From the human T2T-CHM13v2.0 reference genome, Homo sapiens: a stretch of DNA of 64,000 nucleotides. The stretch is from assembly GCA_009914755.4 (NCBI GenBank), contig CP086569.2:11872001-11936000 (forward strand), read 5' to 3'. This document shows positions 12,427 through 26,500 of the stretch, in pieces. The translations under genes were made by a program, and so were the position numbers. The stretch's first letter is position 1. The number at the start of each line of letters is the position of its first letter. A model generated the notes under the pieces. The model was not told where the DNA came from and did not search any database. It saw nothing but the letters and a program-made list of their open reading frames with translations.

Positions 12427-15400
12427 AGAATTGAATGGACTCGAAAGGAATATAATGGAATGGAATGGACTCGAATGGAATGTACTAGAGTTGAATGGAA
12501 TCGAATGGAATGGAAAACAATGGAAAGGAAAGGAAGGGAATTGAAAGGAAAGGAATAGAATGGAATGGAATCGGATGGAACGGAATTGAATGGAATGGAA
12601 ACTAAAGGAATAGAATAGAAAGGAATCGCATTGAATGGAATGGAATGGAATGGAATCAGATGGAACAGAAAAGAATGGAATAGAATCGAATGGAATGGCA
12701 TCGAATGGATGGAATGGAATGGAATGGAATGGAATAGAAAGGAATGGAATGGACTCGAATGGAATGTACTCAAATGGAATAGAATAGAATGGAATGGAAG
12801 TAAATATAATGGACTCGAATGGAATGCATTGGAATAAATTGGAATTGAGTGTATTGGATTCGAATGGAAAGGAATGGAATGGAATGGAATGGAGTGGAAT
12901 GGATTGGAATGGAATGGAATCGAATGGAATTTAACGAATTGTAACGTAATTGAATGGAGTCAAAAACGGTAGAAAGAAATAGAGTTTCATTGAATGATAT
13001 CGAATGGAATTGAATGGAATGTACGCGAATGGAATGGACTGGAATGGAATGGAGTGACATGTAACGGAATCGAAAGGAATGGAATCCAATGAAATGGAAT
13101 TGAATGGAATAGAAATGAATAGAATGGAATGGAGATTAATGGAAAGATATTAAAATAATGGAATGGAATTGAGTGGACACGAATGGAATGGACTGGAATG
13201 GAAAGGACTCGAATGAAATGGAGCGCATCAGAATGGACTCGAATTGAATGGATTGGAGTGGAATGGTCTCGAATGGATTGGAAAGGAATGGAATGGAAAG
13301 GAATAGAATGGAATGTAATCAAATGGAACGAAATGGAATGGAATGGATTCGACTGGAGCAGAATTGAATGGAGTGGAATTGAATGGAATGGAATGCAATC
13401 GAATGGAATGGACACGAATCGAATAGAATGAAATGAAATGGCATAGAATGGAATGGAATGGAATGGAAAGGAATGGAATGGAATGGAACGGAATGGAATG
13501 GCATGGAATGGAATGGCATGGCATGGAATGGAATGGAATGGAATGGAATGAAATGGATTGGAAGGGGATGGGCCCAAAAGTAATAGACTCAAATAAAAGG
13601 GACTCAAATAGAATGAAGTGGAAAGAAACGGTCTCGAATGTAATTTATTCGAATAGAATGATATTGAATGGAATGCAATAGTATGGAATGGTATCGAATA
13701 TAATGGAATAGAATGGAATGGAATGGAACGGAATGGAGTGCAATTGAACGGACTCAAATGCAATAAATTGCAACATAATTGATTCAAATGGAATGGAATC
13801 GAATAGAATGTAAACAAATGGAATGGAAGGCAATGCAATGGAAAGGAATCGAATGAAATGGAATAAATGGAATGGAATGGAATGGAATGGAAAGGACGCG
13901 AATATATTGGACTGTTAAGGAAAGGTGTCAAATCGAATTTATTCCAATAGAATGGAATCGAATGGAATGCAATACTATTGAATCGAATCGAATGGAATGG
14001 AATTGAATGGAATGGACAGGAATGGAATGACCTGGAAGTGAATGGACAGGAACGTAGTATATTGCAATGTAATTTATTCTAATGGAATGGAATGCAATCG
14101 AATGGAATGGACTCGATTGGAATGGACTGGAGTGGAATGGACTCAAATGGAATGGCAAGGAATGGAATGGAATGGAATGGAAAGCAAAGGAATCTACTGG
14201 AATAGAATCGAACGGAACAGAAAGGAATGGAATGTAATGGAGTGGAATGGACTCGAATGGAATGTATTCGAATGTAATGGACCTAAAAAGGAATGGAATC
14301 CAATGGAATGGAATTGAATGGAATCAAAAGGAATAGAAAGGAATAGAGTGTAATTGAATGATATCGAAAGGAAGGGAATGGAATGAACTCGAATGGAATG
14401 CACTGGAATGGAATGGACTCGATCAGAACGGACCGGAGAGGAATGTACACAAATGGAATGGAAACGAATGGAATGGAATGAAATGGAATGGAATGAAATG
14501 GAATTGAAAGGAACGGAATCAAATGGAATGGAATGGAATGGAATGGATTGGAATAGAATGGATTCAAATAAAATAGAATCGATGGGAATGGTATTGAATG
14601 AAAGGGACTTGAATGGAATGGAAAGCAATGGAAGATATTGGAATCGAATGGCATCGAATGAAATGGAATGGAACGGAATCGAACGGAACCGAATGGAATG
14701 GAATGGACTCAAATGTAATGGACACCAATGGAATCGACTGAAATATAATAGTGTCGAAAGGAATGGCCTCGAGCGGAATTTATTGAATAGAATGGAATCA
14801 AATGGAATACAATACCATTGAATGGAATCGAATGGAATGGAATCGAATGGAATGTAATCAAATGGAATGGAACGGAATTCAATATAATGGAGTAGAATGG
14901 AATGCATTGGAAAGGAGCAGAGTGGAATCAAGTGGAATGGAATCGAGTGGAATGGAATCAATGGGAACAAAATCGAATTGAATGGACTTGAATGGAATTG
15001 ACACGAAAGGAACGGACTGGAACAAAAAGGAATCAAATGGACAGGAATGGGATGGAATGGACACGAATGGAATGGAGTCAAATGCAAACGCATCGAATGG
15101 AATGGATTGAAATGGAATGCAGTGGAATGGAACAGAAAGGAAGAGAATGGAATTGAGAGTAATGGAAAGATATCGATTGGAATGAAATGGAATGGAAAGG
15201 AATTGAATGGAAAGGAATGGAGTGGAAAGAAATGGATTGGAATGGAATGGTCTCCAATGGAATGGACTGGAGTGGAATGGAATCGAATGGAATGAAAAGA
15301 ATGGAACGGAATGGAACGGAAAGGAATAGAATGTTATGGAATCCGATTGGACAGAATGGAATGGAATGGAGTTTCATGAAATGGAGTCGAATAGAGTGGC

Positions 15401-18017
15401 ATCAAAAGGAATGGAATGGAATGGAGTGGACTCAAAAGGAATGGACTCGAAAGGAATGGAGTCCAACCAAATTGAATGAAATGGATTGGAGTCGAACAGA
15501 ATGGAATGGAATGTTGTGAACTCGACTGGAGTAGAGAGGAATGTAAAGGAATAGAATGGAATGTAATCAAATGGATTGCAAGTGAATGGAATCAAAAGTA
15601 ATAGAAAGGAATGGAGTGTAAAGGGATGATATTGAATATAATGGAATGGAATGGAATTTAATGGAATGGAGACGAAGGAATGGACAGGAATGTAATGGAC
15701 TCCAATGGAATGGAATGGATCAAAATGGATTTGAACAGATTGGAATCGAACGGAATGGAATGCAATGGAATGGAATGGACTCGAATGGAGAAGAGACAAA
15801 TGGAATGGAAACGAATTCAATGGAATTGAAAAGAATAGGATGGAATGGCGTGTAATGGTAAGATACTAAGTGGAATGGAATTGAATGGAATGCAATGGAC
15901 CCAAATGTAATGCACTCGAAAGGAATATACTCAAATAGAATGGAATCGAAAGGAAAGGTCTCAAATGGAATTTATTCAATACAATGGAATCGAATGGAAT
16001 GCAATAGAATGGAATGGAATCGAATGTAATGGAATCAAATAGAATGGACCAGAATGGAATGGACTGCCATAGAACGGACTGCAGTGTAATGGATTGAATC
16101 CTAAATCATTCAAATGGAATGGAATTGAATGGAATGGAATACAAAGGAATGGATAGGATTGAACTGGAATGGAATAGCATGGAATGCAACGGAGTGGAAT
16201 GGAGTTGAATGAAGTGGAATGGAATCGATTGGAATGGAATCAAATGGAATGGACGGGAATGGAATGGACTGGAAGAGAACAGACTGGAATTTAATGGATT
16301 GCACTGTAATTGATTCAAATGGAATGGAATCGAATGGAATGTAATAAAATTGAAGGGATTTGAGTTCAATGCAATGGAATAGAATGGAATGCAAAGGAAA
16401 GGAAAGGTACGGAGTGAAATCGAGTGTAACGGAATCGAATGGAATGAAATGGAATGGAATGGACTCAAAAGAAATGGAAGAGGGACAAAACGGAATCGAA
16501 CTGATTGGAATCGAACGGAACGGAATGGAATGGAATGGTCTCCATTGGATCGGAGTAGAACGGGCTGGAATGGAATGGAATGAAATGGAATGGAAAGGAA
16601 TAGAATGGAATGGAATGGAATGGAATGGAATTGAATGGAAGGTAATGGAAAGATATTGAACGGATTGGAAAGGAATGGAATGGACCCTAATGGAATGGAA
16701 TGGAATTCAACAGAAACGAATGGAATGGACTGGAGTGAAATGGAGTCGAATGTAATTGACTGGAGTGGAATGGACTCGAAAGGAATGGACTCGAATAGAA
16801 TGGACTGGAATGGATTGTACTCGAATGGAGTGGAAAGGAATACAATGGATTCCACCAGATTGGAATGGAACAGAATGTAATGGAATGGAATGGAATGCAA
16901 TGGAATAGCTCCAATGGAATGGAGTCGAATGCAATGGAACAGAAAGGAAAGGAATTGAATGGAATTGAAAGGAATAGAACAAAATGGAGTGCAAAGGAAA
17001 GATATCGAATGGAATGGATCGAAAAGAAATCGAATGGAATGGACAGGAATGGAATGGAATAGAATGGAATAGACTGGCGTGCAATGAAAACGAATGGAAT
17101 GGAAACGAATGGAATGCAATGGAAAGGAATGGAGTAGAATAAATACTATGGAATGGAATGGAGGCGAAAGGAAAAGAATGGATTGGAATGTCACCGAATG
17201 GAAAGCTATGGAATGGAAAGGAATGGATACGAATGGAATGGAATAGAAAGGAACGGAAAGGTAAAGAATGGAATGGAATCGGATAGAATGGAATGCAATG
17301 TAATGGAGTCGAATGGAAAATAATCGTGTAGAATGATATCGAATGGAATGGAATTGAATGGAATGGAATGGAATGGACTCGAATGGAATGTACTCAAATG
17401 GATTAGAATAGAATGGAATGGAACTAAACGTAATGAACTCGAATGGAATGGACACAAATAGAATGGAAGAGAAAGGAATGGTATTGAATGGAATTTATTC
17501 GAATAGAGTGGAATTCAATGGAATGCAACAGTGTGGCATGGAATCAAATGGAATGGAATCGAATGGAATGGACCCGAGTGGAATGGACTCACATAGAACA
17601 GCCTCGAATGTAATGGATGACAATGTATTAGATTCGAAAGGACTGAAATCGAATGGAATGTAATCAAGTAGAACGGAATTGAATGCATGGAATGGCATAG
17701 AAAGTAACGCAATGGAATGGAATAGACTGGAATGGAATGGAATCAGATGGAATGTAATGAAATGTAATGGAAGGAATGCCATGGAATGGAATGGAATGGA
17801 ATGCAATGGGACGGTGTATAATGGAGTGCAATGGATTTCAGTGGAATGTAGTCCAAAGGAAAGAAATAGAATGGAATTCAATATAATGGAATGGCATCCA
17901 ATGGCAAGGAATGGAGCGGACTCCAATGGAAACGACATGAAAGTAATATAATATAATGGAAAGGCATTGAACGAAATGGAATGCAATGGAGTTAAAAGGT
18001 AAAATATCGAATGGAAA
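12427..18017 (+). repeat. HOR unit 3: 5591 bp, subtype A, without the 654-bp duplication.
   Basis: The start landmark 'agaattgaatggactcg' is at 12427 and the next is at 18018. There is a single copy of the 'agtagaaagaaatagagtttcattgaatgatatcg' block at ~12970. Confidence 0.85.
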
Positions 18018-21000
18018 AGAATTGAATGGACTCGAAAGGAATATAATGGAATGGAATGGACTCGAATGGAATGTACTAGAGTTGAATGGAATCGAATGGA
18101 ATGGAAAACAATGGAAAGGAAAGGAAGGGAATTGAAAGGAAAGGAATAGAATGGAATGGAATCGGATGGAACAGAATTGAATGGAATGGAAACTAAAGGA
18201 ATAGAATAGAAAGGAATCGCATTGAATGGAATGGAATGGAATGGAATCAGATGGAACAGAAAGGAATGGAATAGAATCGAATGGAATGGCATCGAATGGA
18301 TGGAATGGAATGGAATGGAATAGAAAGGAATGGAATGGACTCGAATGGAATGTACTCAAATGGAATAGAATAGAATGGAATGGAAGTAAATATAATGGAC
18401 TCGAATGGAATGCATTGGAATAAATTGGAATTGAGTGTATTGGATTCGAATGGAAAGGAAAGGAATGGAATGGAATGGAAAGGAATGGAATGGAATGGAT
18501 TCGAATGGAATGGAATCGAATGGAATGGAACGAATTGGAATGTAATTGAATGGAGTCAAAAACAGTAGAAAGTAATAAAGTTTCATCGAATGATATCGAA
18601 TGGAATTGAATGGAATGTACGCGAAGGGAATGGACAGGAATGGAATGGAGTGACATGTAACGGAATCGAAAGGAATGGAATCCAATGAAATGGAATTGAA
18701 TGGAATAGAAATGAATAGAATGGAATGGAGATTAATGGAAAGATATTAAAATAATGGAATGGAATTGAGTGGACACGAATGGAAAGGACTGGAATGGAAA
18801 GGACTCGAATGAAATGGACCACATTAGAATGGACTCGAATGGAATGGATTGGAGTGGAATGGTCTCGAATGGATTGGAAAGGAATGGAATGCAAAGGAAT
18901 AGAATGGAATGTAATCAAATGGAACGAAATGGAATGGAATGGATTCGACTGGAGCAGAATTGAATGGAGTGGAATTGAATGGAATGGAATGCAATCGAAT
19001 GGAATGGACACGAATCGAATAGAATGAAATGAAAAGGCATAGAATGGAATGGAATGGAATGGAATGGAATGGAATGGAATGGATTGGAATGGGATGGGCC
19101 CAAAAGTAATAGACTCAAATAAAAGGGACTCAAATAGAATGAACTGGAAAGAAACAGTCTCGAATGTAATTTATTCGAATAGAATGATATTGAATGGAAT
19201 GCAACAGTATGGAATGGTATCGAATAGAATGGAATAGAATAGAATGGAATGGAACGGAATGGAGTGCAATTGAACGGACTCAAATGCAATAAATTGCAAT
19301 ATAATTGATTCAAATGGAATGGAATCGAATAGAATGTAAACAAATGGAATGGAAGGCAATGCAATGGAAAGGAATCGAATGAAATGGAATAAATGGAATG
19401 GAATGGAATGGAAAGGACGCGAATATATTGGACTGTTAAGGAAAGGTGTCAAATCGAATTTATTCCAATAGAATGGAATCGAATGGAATGCAATACTATT
19501 GAATCGAATCGAATGGAATGGAATTGAATGGAATGGACAGGAATGGAATGAACTGGAAGTGAATGGACAGGAACGTAATATATTGCAATGTAATTTATTC
19601 AAATGGAATGGAATGCAATCGAATGGAATGGACTCGATTGGAATGGACTGGAGTGGAATGTACTCAAATGGAATGGCAAGGAATGGAATGGAATGGAATG
19701 GAAAGCAAAGGAATCTACTGGAATAGAATCGAACGGAACAGAAAGGAATGGAATGGAATGGAGTGGAATGGACTCGAATGGAATGTATTCGAATGTAATG
19801 GACCTAAAAAGGAATGGAATCCAATGGAATGGAATTGAATGGAATCAAAAGGAATAGAAAGGAATAGAGTGTAATTGAATATCGAAAGGAAGGGAATGGA
19901 ATGAACTCGAATGGAATGCACTGGAATGGAATGGACTCGATCAGAACGGACTGGAGAGGAATGTACACAAATGGAATGGAATGAAATGGAATGGAATGCA
20001 ATGGAATTGAAAGGAACGGAATCAAATGGAATGGAATGGAATGGAATGGATTGGAATAGAATGTATTCAAATAAAATAGAATCGATGGGAATGCTATTGA
20101 ATGAAAGGGACTTGAATGGAATGGAAAGCAATGGAAGATATTGGAATCGAATGGCATCGAATGAAATGGAATGGAACGGAATGGAACGGAACCGAATGGA
20201 ATGGAATGGACTCAAATGTAACGGACACCAATGGAATCGACTGAAATATAATAGTGTCGAAAGGAATGGCCTCGAGCGGAATTTATTTGAATAGAATGGA
20301 ATCAAATGGAATACAATACCATTGAATGGAATCGAATGGTATGGAATCGAATGGAATGTAATCAAATGGAATGGAACGGAATTCAATATAATGGAGTAGA
20401 ATGGAATGTATTGGAAAGGAGCAGAGTGGAATCAAGTGGAATGGAATCGAGTGGAATGGAATCAATGGGAACAAAATCGAATTGAATGGACTTGAATGGA
20501 ACTGACTCGAAAGGAATGGACTGGAACAAAAAGGAATCAAATGGACAGGAATGGGATGGAATGGACACGAATGGAATGGAGTCAAATGCAAACGCATCGA
20601 ATGGAATGGATTCAAATGGAATGCAATGGAATGGAAGAGAAAGGAAGAGAATGGAATTGAGAGTAATGGAAAGATATCGATTGGAATGAAATGGAATGGA
20701 AAGGAATTGAATGGAAAGGAAGGGAGTGGAAAGAAATGGATTGGAATGGAATGGTCTCCAATGGAATGGACTGGAGTGGAATGGAATCGAATGGAATGAA
20801 AAGAATGGAACGGAATGGAACGGAAAGGAATAGAATGTTATGGAATCCGATTGGACAGAATGGAATGGAATGGAGTTTCATGAAATGGAGTCGAATAGAG
20901 TGGCATCAAAAGGAATGGAATGGAATGGAGTGGACTCAAAAGGAATGGACTCGAAAGGAATGGAGTCCAACCAAATTGAATGAAATGGATTGGAGTCGAA

Positions 21001-23521
21001 CAGAATGGAATGGAATGGAATGAACTCGACTGGAGTAGAGAGGAATGTAAAGGAATAGAATGGAATGTAATCAAATGGATTGCAAGTGAATGGAATCAAA
21101 AATAATAGAAAGGAATGGAGTGTAAAGGGATGATATGGAATAAAATGGAATGGAATGGAATTTAATGGAATGGAGTCGAAGGAATGGACAGGAATGTAAT
21201 GGACTCCAATGGAATGGAATGGATGAAAATGGATTTGAACAGATTGGAATCGAACGGAATGGAATGCAATGGAATGGAATGGACTGGAATGGAGAAGAGA
21301 CAAATGGAATGGAAACGAATTCAATGGAATTGAAAAGAATAGGATGGAATGGCGTGTAATGGTAAGATACTAAATGGAATGGAATTGAATGGAATGGAAT
21401 GGACCCAAATGTAATGCACTCGAAAGGAATATACTCAAATAGAATGGAATCGAAAGGAAAGGTCTCAAATGGAATTTATTCAATACAATGGAATCGAATG
21501 GAATGCAATAGAATGGAATGGAATCGAATGTAATGGAATCAAATAGAATGGACCAGAATGGAATGGACTGCCATAGAACGGACTGCAGTGTAATGGATTG
21601 AATTCTAATTCATTCAAATGGAATGGAATTGAATGGAATGGAATCCAATGGAATGGATAGGATTGTACTGGAATGGAATAGCATGGAATGCAACGGAGTG
21701 GAATGGAGTTGAATGAAGTGGAATGGAATCGATTGGAATGGAATCAAATGGAATGGACGGGAATGGAATGGACTGGAAGAGAACAGACTCGAATTTAATG
21801 GATTGCAATGTAATTGATTCAAATGGAATGGAATCGAATGGAATGTAATAAAATTGAAGGGATTTGAGTTCAATGCAATGGAATAGAATGGAATGCAAAG
21901 GAAAGGAAAGGTACGGAGTGAAATCGAGTGTAATGGAATCGAATGGAATGAAATCGAATTGAATGGACTCAAAAGAAATGGACGAGGGACAAAACGGAAT
22001 CGAACTGATTGGAATCGAATGGAACGGAATGGAATGGAATGGTCTCCATTGGATCGGAGTAGAACGGACTGGAATGGAATGGAATGAAATGGAATGGAAA
22101 GGAATAGAATGGAACGGAATGGAATGGAATGGAATGGAATGGAAGGTAATGGAAAGATATCGAACGGATTGGAAAGGAATGGAATGGACCCTAATGGAAT
22201 GGAATAGAATTCAACAGAAAGGAATGGAATGGAATGGAGTGAAATGGAGTCGAATGTAATTGACTGGAGTGGAATGGACTCGAAAGGAATGGACTCGAAT
22301 AGAATGGACTGGAATGGATTGTACTCGAATGGAGTGGAAAGGAATACAATGGATTCCACCAGATTGGAATGGAACAGAATGTAATGGAATGGAATGGAAT
22401 GCAATGGAATAGCTCCAATGGAATGGAGTCGAATGCAATGGAACAGAAAGGAAAGGAATTGAATGGAATTGAAAGGAATAGAACAAAATGGAGTGCAAAG
22501 GAAAGATATCGAATGGAATGGATCGAAAAGAAATCGAATGGAATGGACAGGAATGGAATGGAATAGAATGGAATAGACTGGCGTGCAATGAAAACGAATC
22601 GAATGGAAACGAATGGAATGCAATGGAAAGGAATGGAGTAGAATAAATACTATGGAATGGAATGGAGGCGAAAGGAAAAGAATGGATTGGAATGTCACCG
22701 AATGGAAAGATATGGAATGGAAAGGAATGGATACGAATGGAATGGAATAGAAAGGAACGGAAAGGTAAAGAATGGAATGGAATCGGATAGAATGGAATGC
22801 AATGTAATGGAGTCGAATGGAAAATAATCGTGTAGAATGATATCGAATGGAATGGAATTGAATGGAATGGAATGGAATGGACTCGAATGGAATGTACTCA
22901 AATGGATTAGAATAGAATGGAATGGAACTAAACGTAATGAACTCGAATGGAATGGACACAAATAGAATGGAAGAGAAAGGAATGGTATTGAATGGAATTT
23001 ATTCGAATAGAGTGGAATTCAATGGAATGCAACAGTGTGGCATGGAATCAAATGGAATGGAATCGAATGGAATGGACCCGAGTGGAATGGACTCACATAG
23101 AACAGCCTCGAATGTAATGGATGACAATGTATTAGATTCGAAAGGACTGAAATCGAATGGAATGTAATCAAGTAGAACGGAATTGAATGCATGGAATGGC
23201 ATGGAAAGTAACGCAATGGAATGGAATAGACTGGAATGGAATGGAATCGGATGGAATGTAATGAAATGTAATGGAAGGAATGCCATGGAATGGAATGGAA
23301 TGGAATGCAATGGGACGGTGTATAATGGAGTGCAATGGATTTCAGTGGAATGTAGTCCAAAGGAAAGAAATAGAATGGAATTCAATAAAATAGAATGGCA
23401 TCCAATGGCAAGGAATGGAGCGGACTCCAATGGAAACGACATGAAAGGAATATAATATAATGAAATGGCATTGAACGAAATGGAATGCAATGGAGTTAAA
23501 AGGTAAAATATCGAATGGAAA
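18018..23521 (+). repeat. HOR unit 4: 5504 bp, subtype B, with a ~75-87 bp contraction of the (GGAAT/GGCAT)n tract relative to subtype A.
   Basis: Landmarks are at 18018 and 23522. The tract that reads MKWHRMEWNGMERNGMEWNGMEWHGMEWHG... in unit 3 (13433) is shortened to MEWNGMEWNGMDWNGMGPK... here (19049). Confidence 0.82.
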
Positions 23522-26500
23522 AGAATTGAATGGACTCGAAAGGAATATAATGGAATGGAATGGACTCGAATGGAATGTACTAGAGTTGAATGGAATCGAA
23601 TGGAATGGAAAACAATGGAAAGGAAAGGAAGGGAATTGAAAGGAAAGGAATAGAATGGAATGGAATCGGATGGAACGGAATTGAATGGAATGGAAACTAA
23701 AGGAATAGAATAGAAAGGAATCGCATTGAATGGAATGGAATGGAATGGAATCAGATGGAACAGAAAAGAATGGAATAGAATCGAATGGAATGGCATCGAA
23801 TGGATGGAATGGAATGGAATGGAATGGAATAGAAAGGAATGGAATGGACTCGAATGGAATGTACTCAAATGGAATAGAATAGAATGGAATGGAAGTAAAT
23901 ATAATGGACTCGAATGGAATGCATTGGAATAAATTGGAATTGAGTGTATTGGATTCGAATGGAAAGGAATGGAATGGAATGGAATGGAGTGGAATGGATT
24001 GGAATGGAATGGAATCGAATGGAATTTAACGAATTGTAACGTAATTGAATGGAGTCAAAAACGGTAGAAAGAAATAGAGTTTCATTGAATGATATCGAAT
24101 GGAATTGAATGGAATGTACGCGAATGGAATGGACCGGAATGGAATGGAGTGACATGTAACGGAATCGAAAGGAATGGAATCCAATGAAATGGAATTGAAT
24201 GGAATAGAAATGAATAGAATGGAATGGAGATTAATGGAAAGACATTAAAATAATGGAATGGAATTGAGTGGACACGAATGGAATGGACTGGAATGGAAAG
24301 GACTCGAATGAAATGGAGCGCATCAGAATGGACTCGAATTGAATGGATTGGAGTGGAATGGTCTCGAATGGATTGGAAAGGAATGGAATGGAAAGGAATA
24401 GGATGGAATGTAATCAAATGGAACGAAATGGAATGGAATGGATTCGACTGGAGCAGAATTGAATGGAGTGGAATTGAATGGAATGGAATGCAATCGAATG
24501 GAATGGACACGAATCGAATAGAATGAAATGAAATGGCATAGAATGGAATGGAATGGAATGGAAAGGAATGGAATGGAATGGAACGGAATGGAATGGCATG
24601 GAATGGAATGGCATGGCATGGAATGGAATGGAATGGAATGGAATGAAATGGATTGGAAGGGGATGGGCCCAAAAGTAATAGACTCAAATAAAAGGGACTC
24701 AAATAGAATGAAGTGGAAAGAAACGGTCTCGAATGTAATTTATTCGAATAGAATGATATTGAATGGAATGCAATAGTATGGAATGGTATCGAATATAATG
24801 GAATAGAATGGAATGGAATGGAACGGAATGGAGTGCAATTGAACGGACTCAAATGCAATAAATTGCAACATAATTGATTCAAATGGAATGGAATCGAATA
24901 GAATGTAAACAAATGGAATGGAAGGCAATGCAATGGAAAGGAATCGAATGAAATGGAATAAATGGAATGGAATGGAATGGAATGGAAAGGACGCGAATAT
25001 ATTGGACTGTTAAGGAAAGGTGTCAAATCGAATTTATTCCAATAGAATGGAATCGAATGGAATGCAATACTATTGAATCGAATCGAATGGAATGGAATTG
25101 AATGGAATGGACAGGAATGGAATGACCTGGAAGTGAATGGACAGGAACGTAGTATATTGCAATGTAATTTATTCTAATGGAATGGAATGCAATCGAATGG
25201 AATGGACTCGATTGGAATGGACTGGAGTGGAATGGACTCAAATGGAATGGCAAGGAATGGAATGGAATGGAATGGAAAGCAAAGGAATCTACTGGAATAG
25301 AATCGAACGGAACAGAAAGGAATGGAATGTAATGGAGTGGAATGGACTCGAATGGAATGTATTCGAATGTAATGGACCTAAAAAGGAATGGAATCCAATG
25401 GAATGGAATTGAATGGAATCAAAAGGAATAGAAAGGAATAGAGTGTAATTGAATGATATCGAAAGGAAGGGAATGGAATGAACTCGAATGGAATGCACTG
25501 GAATGGAATGGACTCGATCAGAACGGACCGGAGAGGAATGTACACAAATGGAATGGAAACGAAAGGAATGGAATGAAATGGAATGGAATGAAATGGAATT
25601 GAAAGGAACGGAATCAAATGGAATGGAATGGAATGGAATGGATTGGAATAGAATGGATTCAAATAAAATAGAATCGATGGGAATGGTATTGAATGAAAGG
25701 GACTTGAATGGAATGGAAAGCAATGGAAGATATTGGAATCGAATGGCATCGAATGAAATGGAATGGAACGGAATGGAACGGAACCGAATGGAATGGAATG
25801 GACTCAAATGTAATGGACACCAATGGAATCGACTGAAATATAATAGTGTCGAAAGGAATGGCCTCGAGCGGAATTTATTGAATAGAATGGAATCAAATGG
25901 AATACAATACCATTGAATGGAATCGAATGGAATGGAATCGAATGGAATGTAATCAAATGGAATGGAACGGAATTCAATATAATGGAGTAGAATGGAATGC
26001 ATTGGAAAGGAGCAGAGTGGAATCAAGTGGAATGGAATCGAGTGGAATGGAATCAATGGGAACAAAATCGAATTGAATGGACTTGAATGGAATTGACACG
26101 AAAGGAACGGACTGGAAGAAAAAGGAATCAAATGGACAGGAATGGGATGGAATGGACACGAATGGAATGGAGTCAAATGCAAACGCATCGAATGGAATGG
26201 ATTGAAATGGAATGCAGTGGAATGGAACAGAAAGGAAGAGAATGGAATTGAGAGTAATGGAAAGATATCGATTGGAATGAAATGGAATGGAAAGGAATTG
26301 AATGGAAAGGAATGGAGTGGAAAGAAATGGATTGGAATGGAATGGTCTCCAATGGAATGGACTGGAGTGGAATGGAATCGAATGGAATGAAAAGAATGGA
26401 ACGGAATGGAACGGAAAGGAATAGAATGTTATGGAATCCGATTGGACAGAATGGAATGGAATGGAGTTTCATGAAATGGAGTCGAATAGAGTGGCATCAA

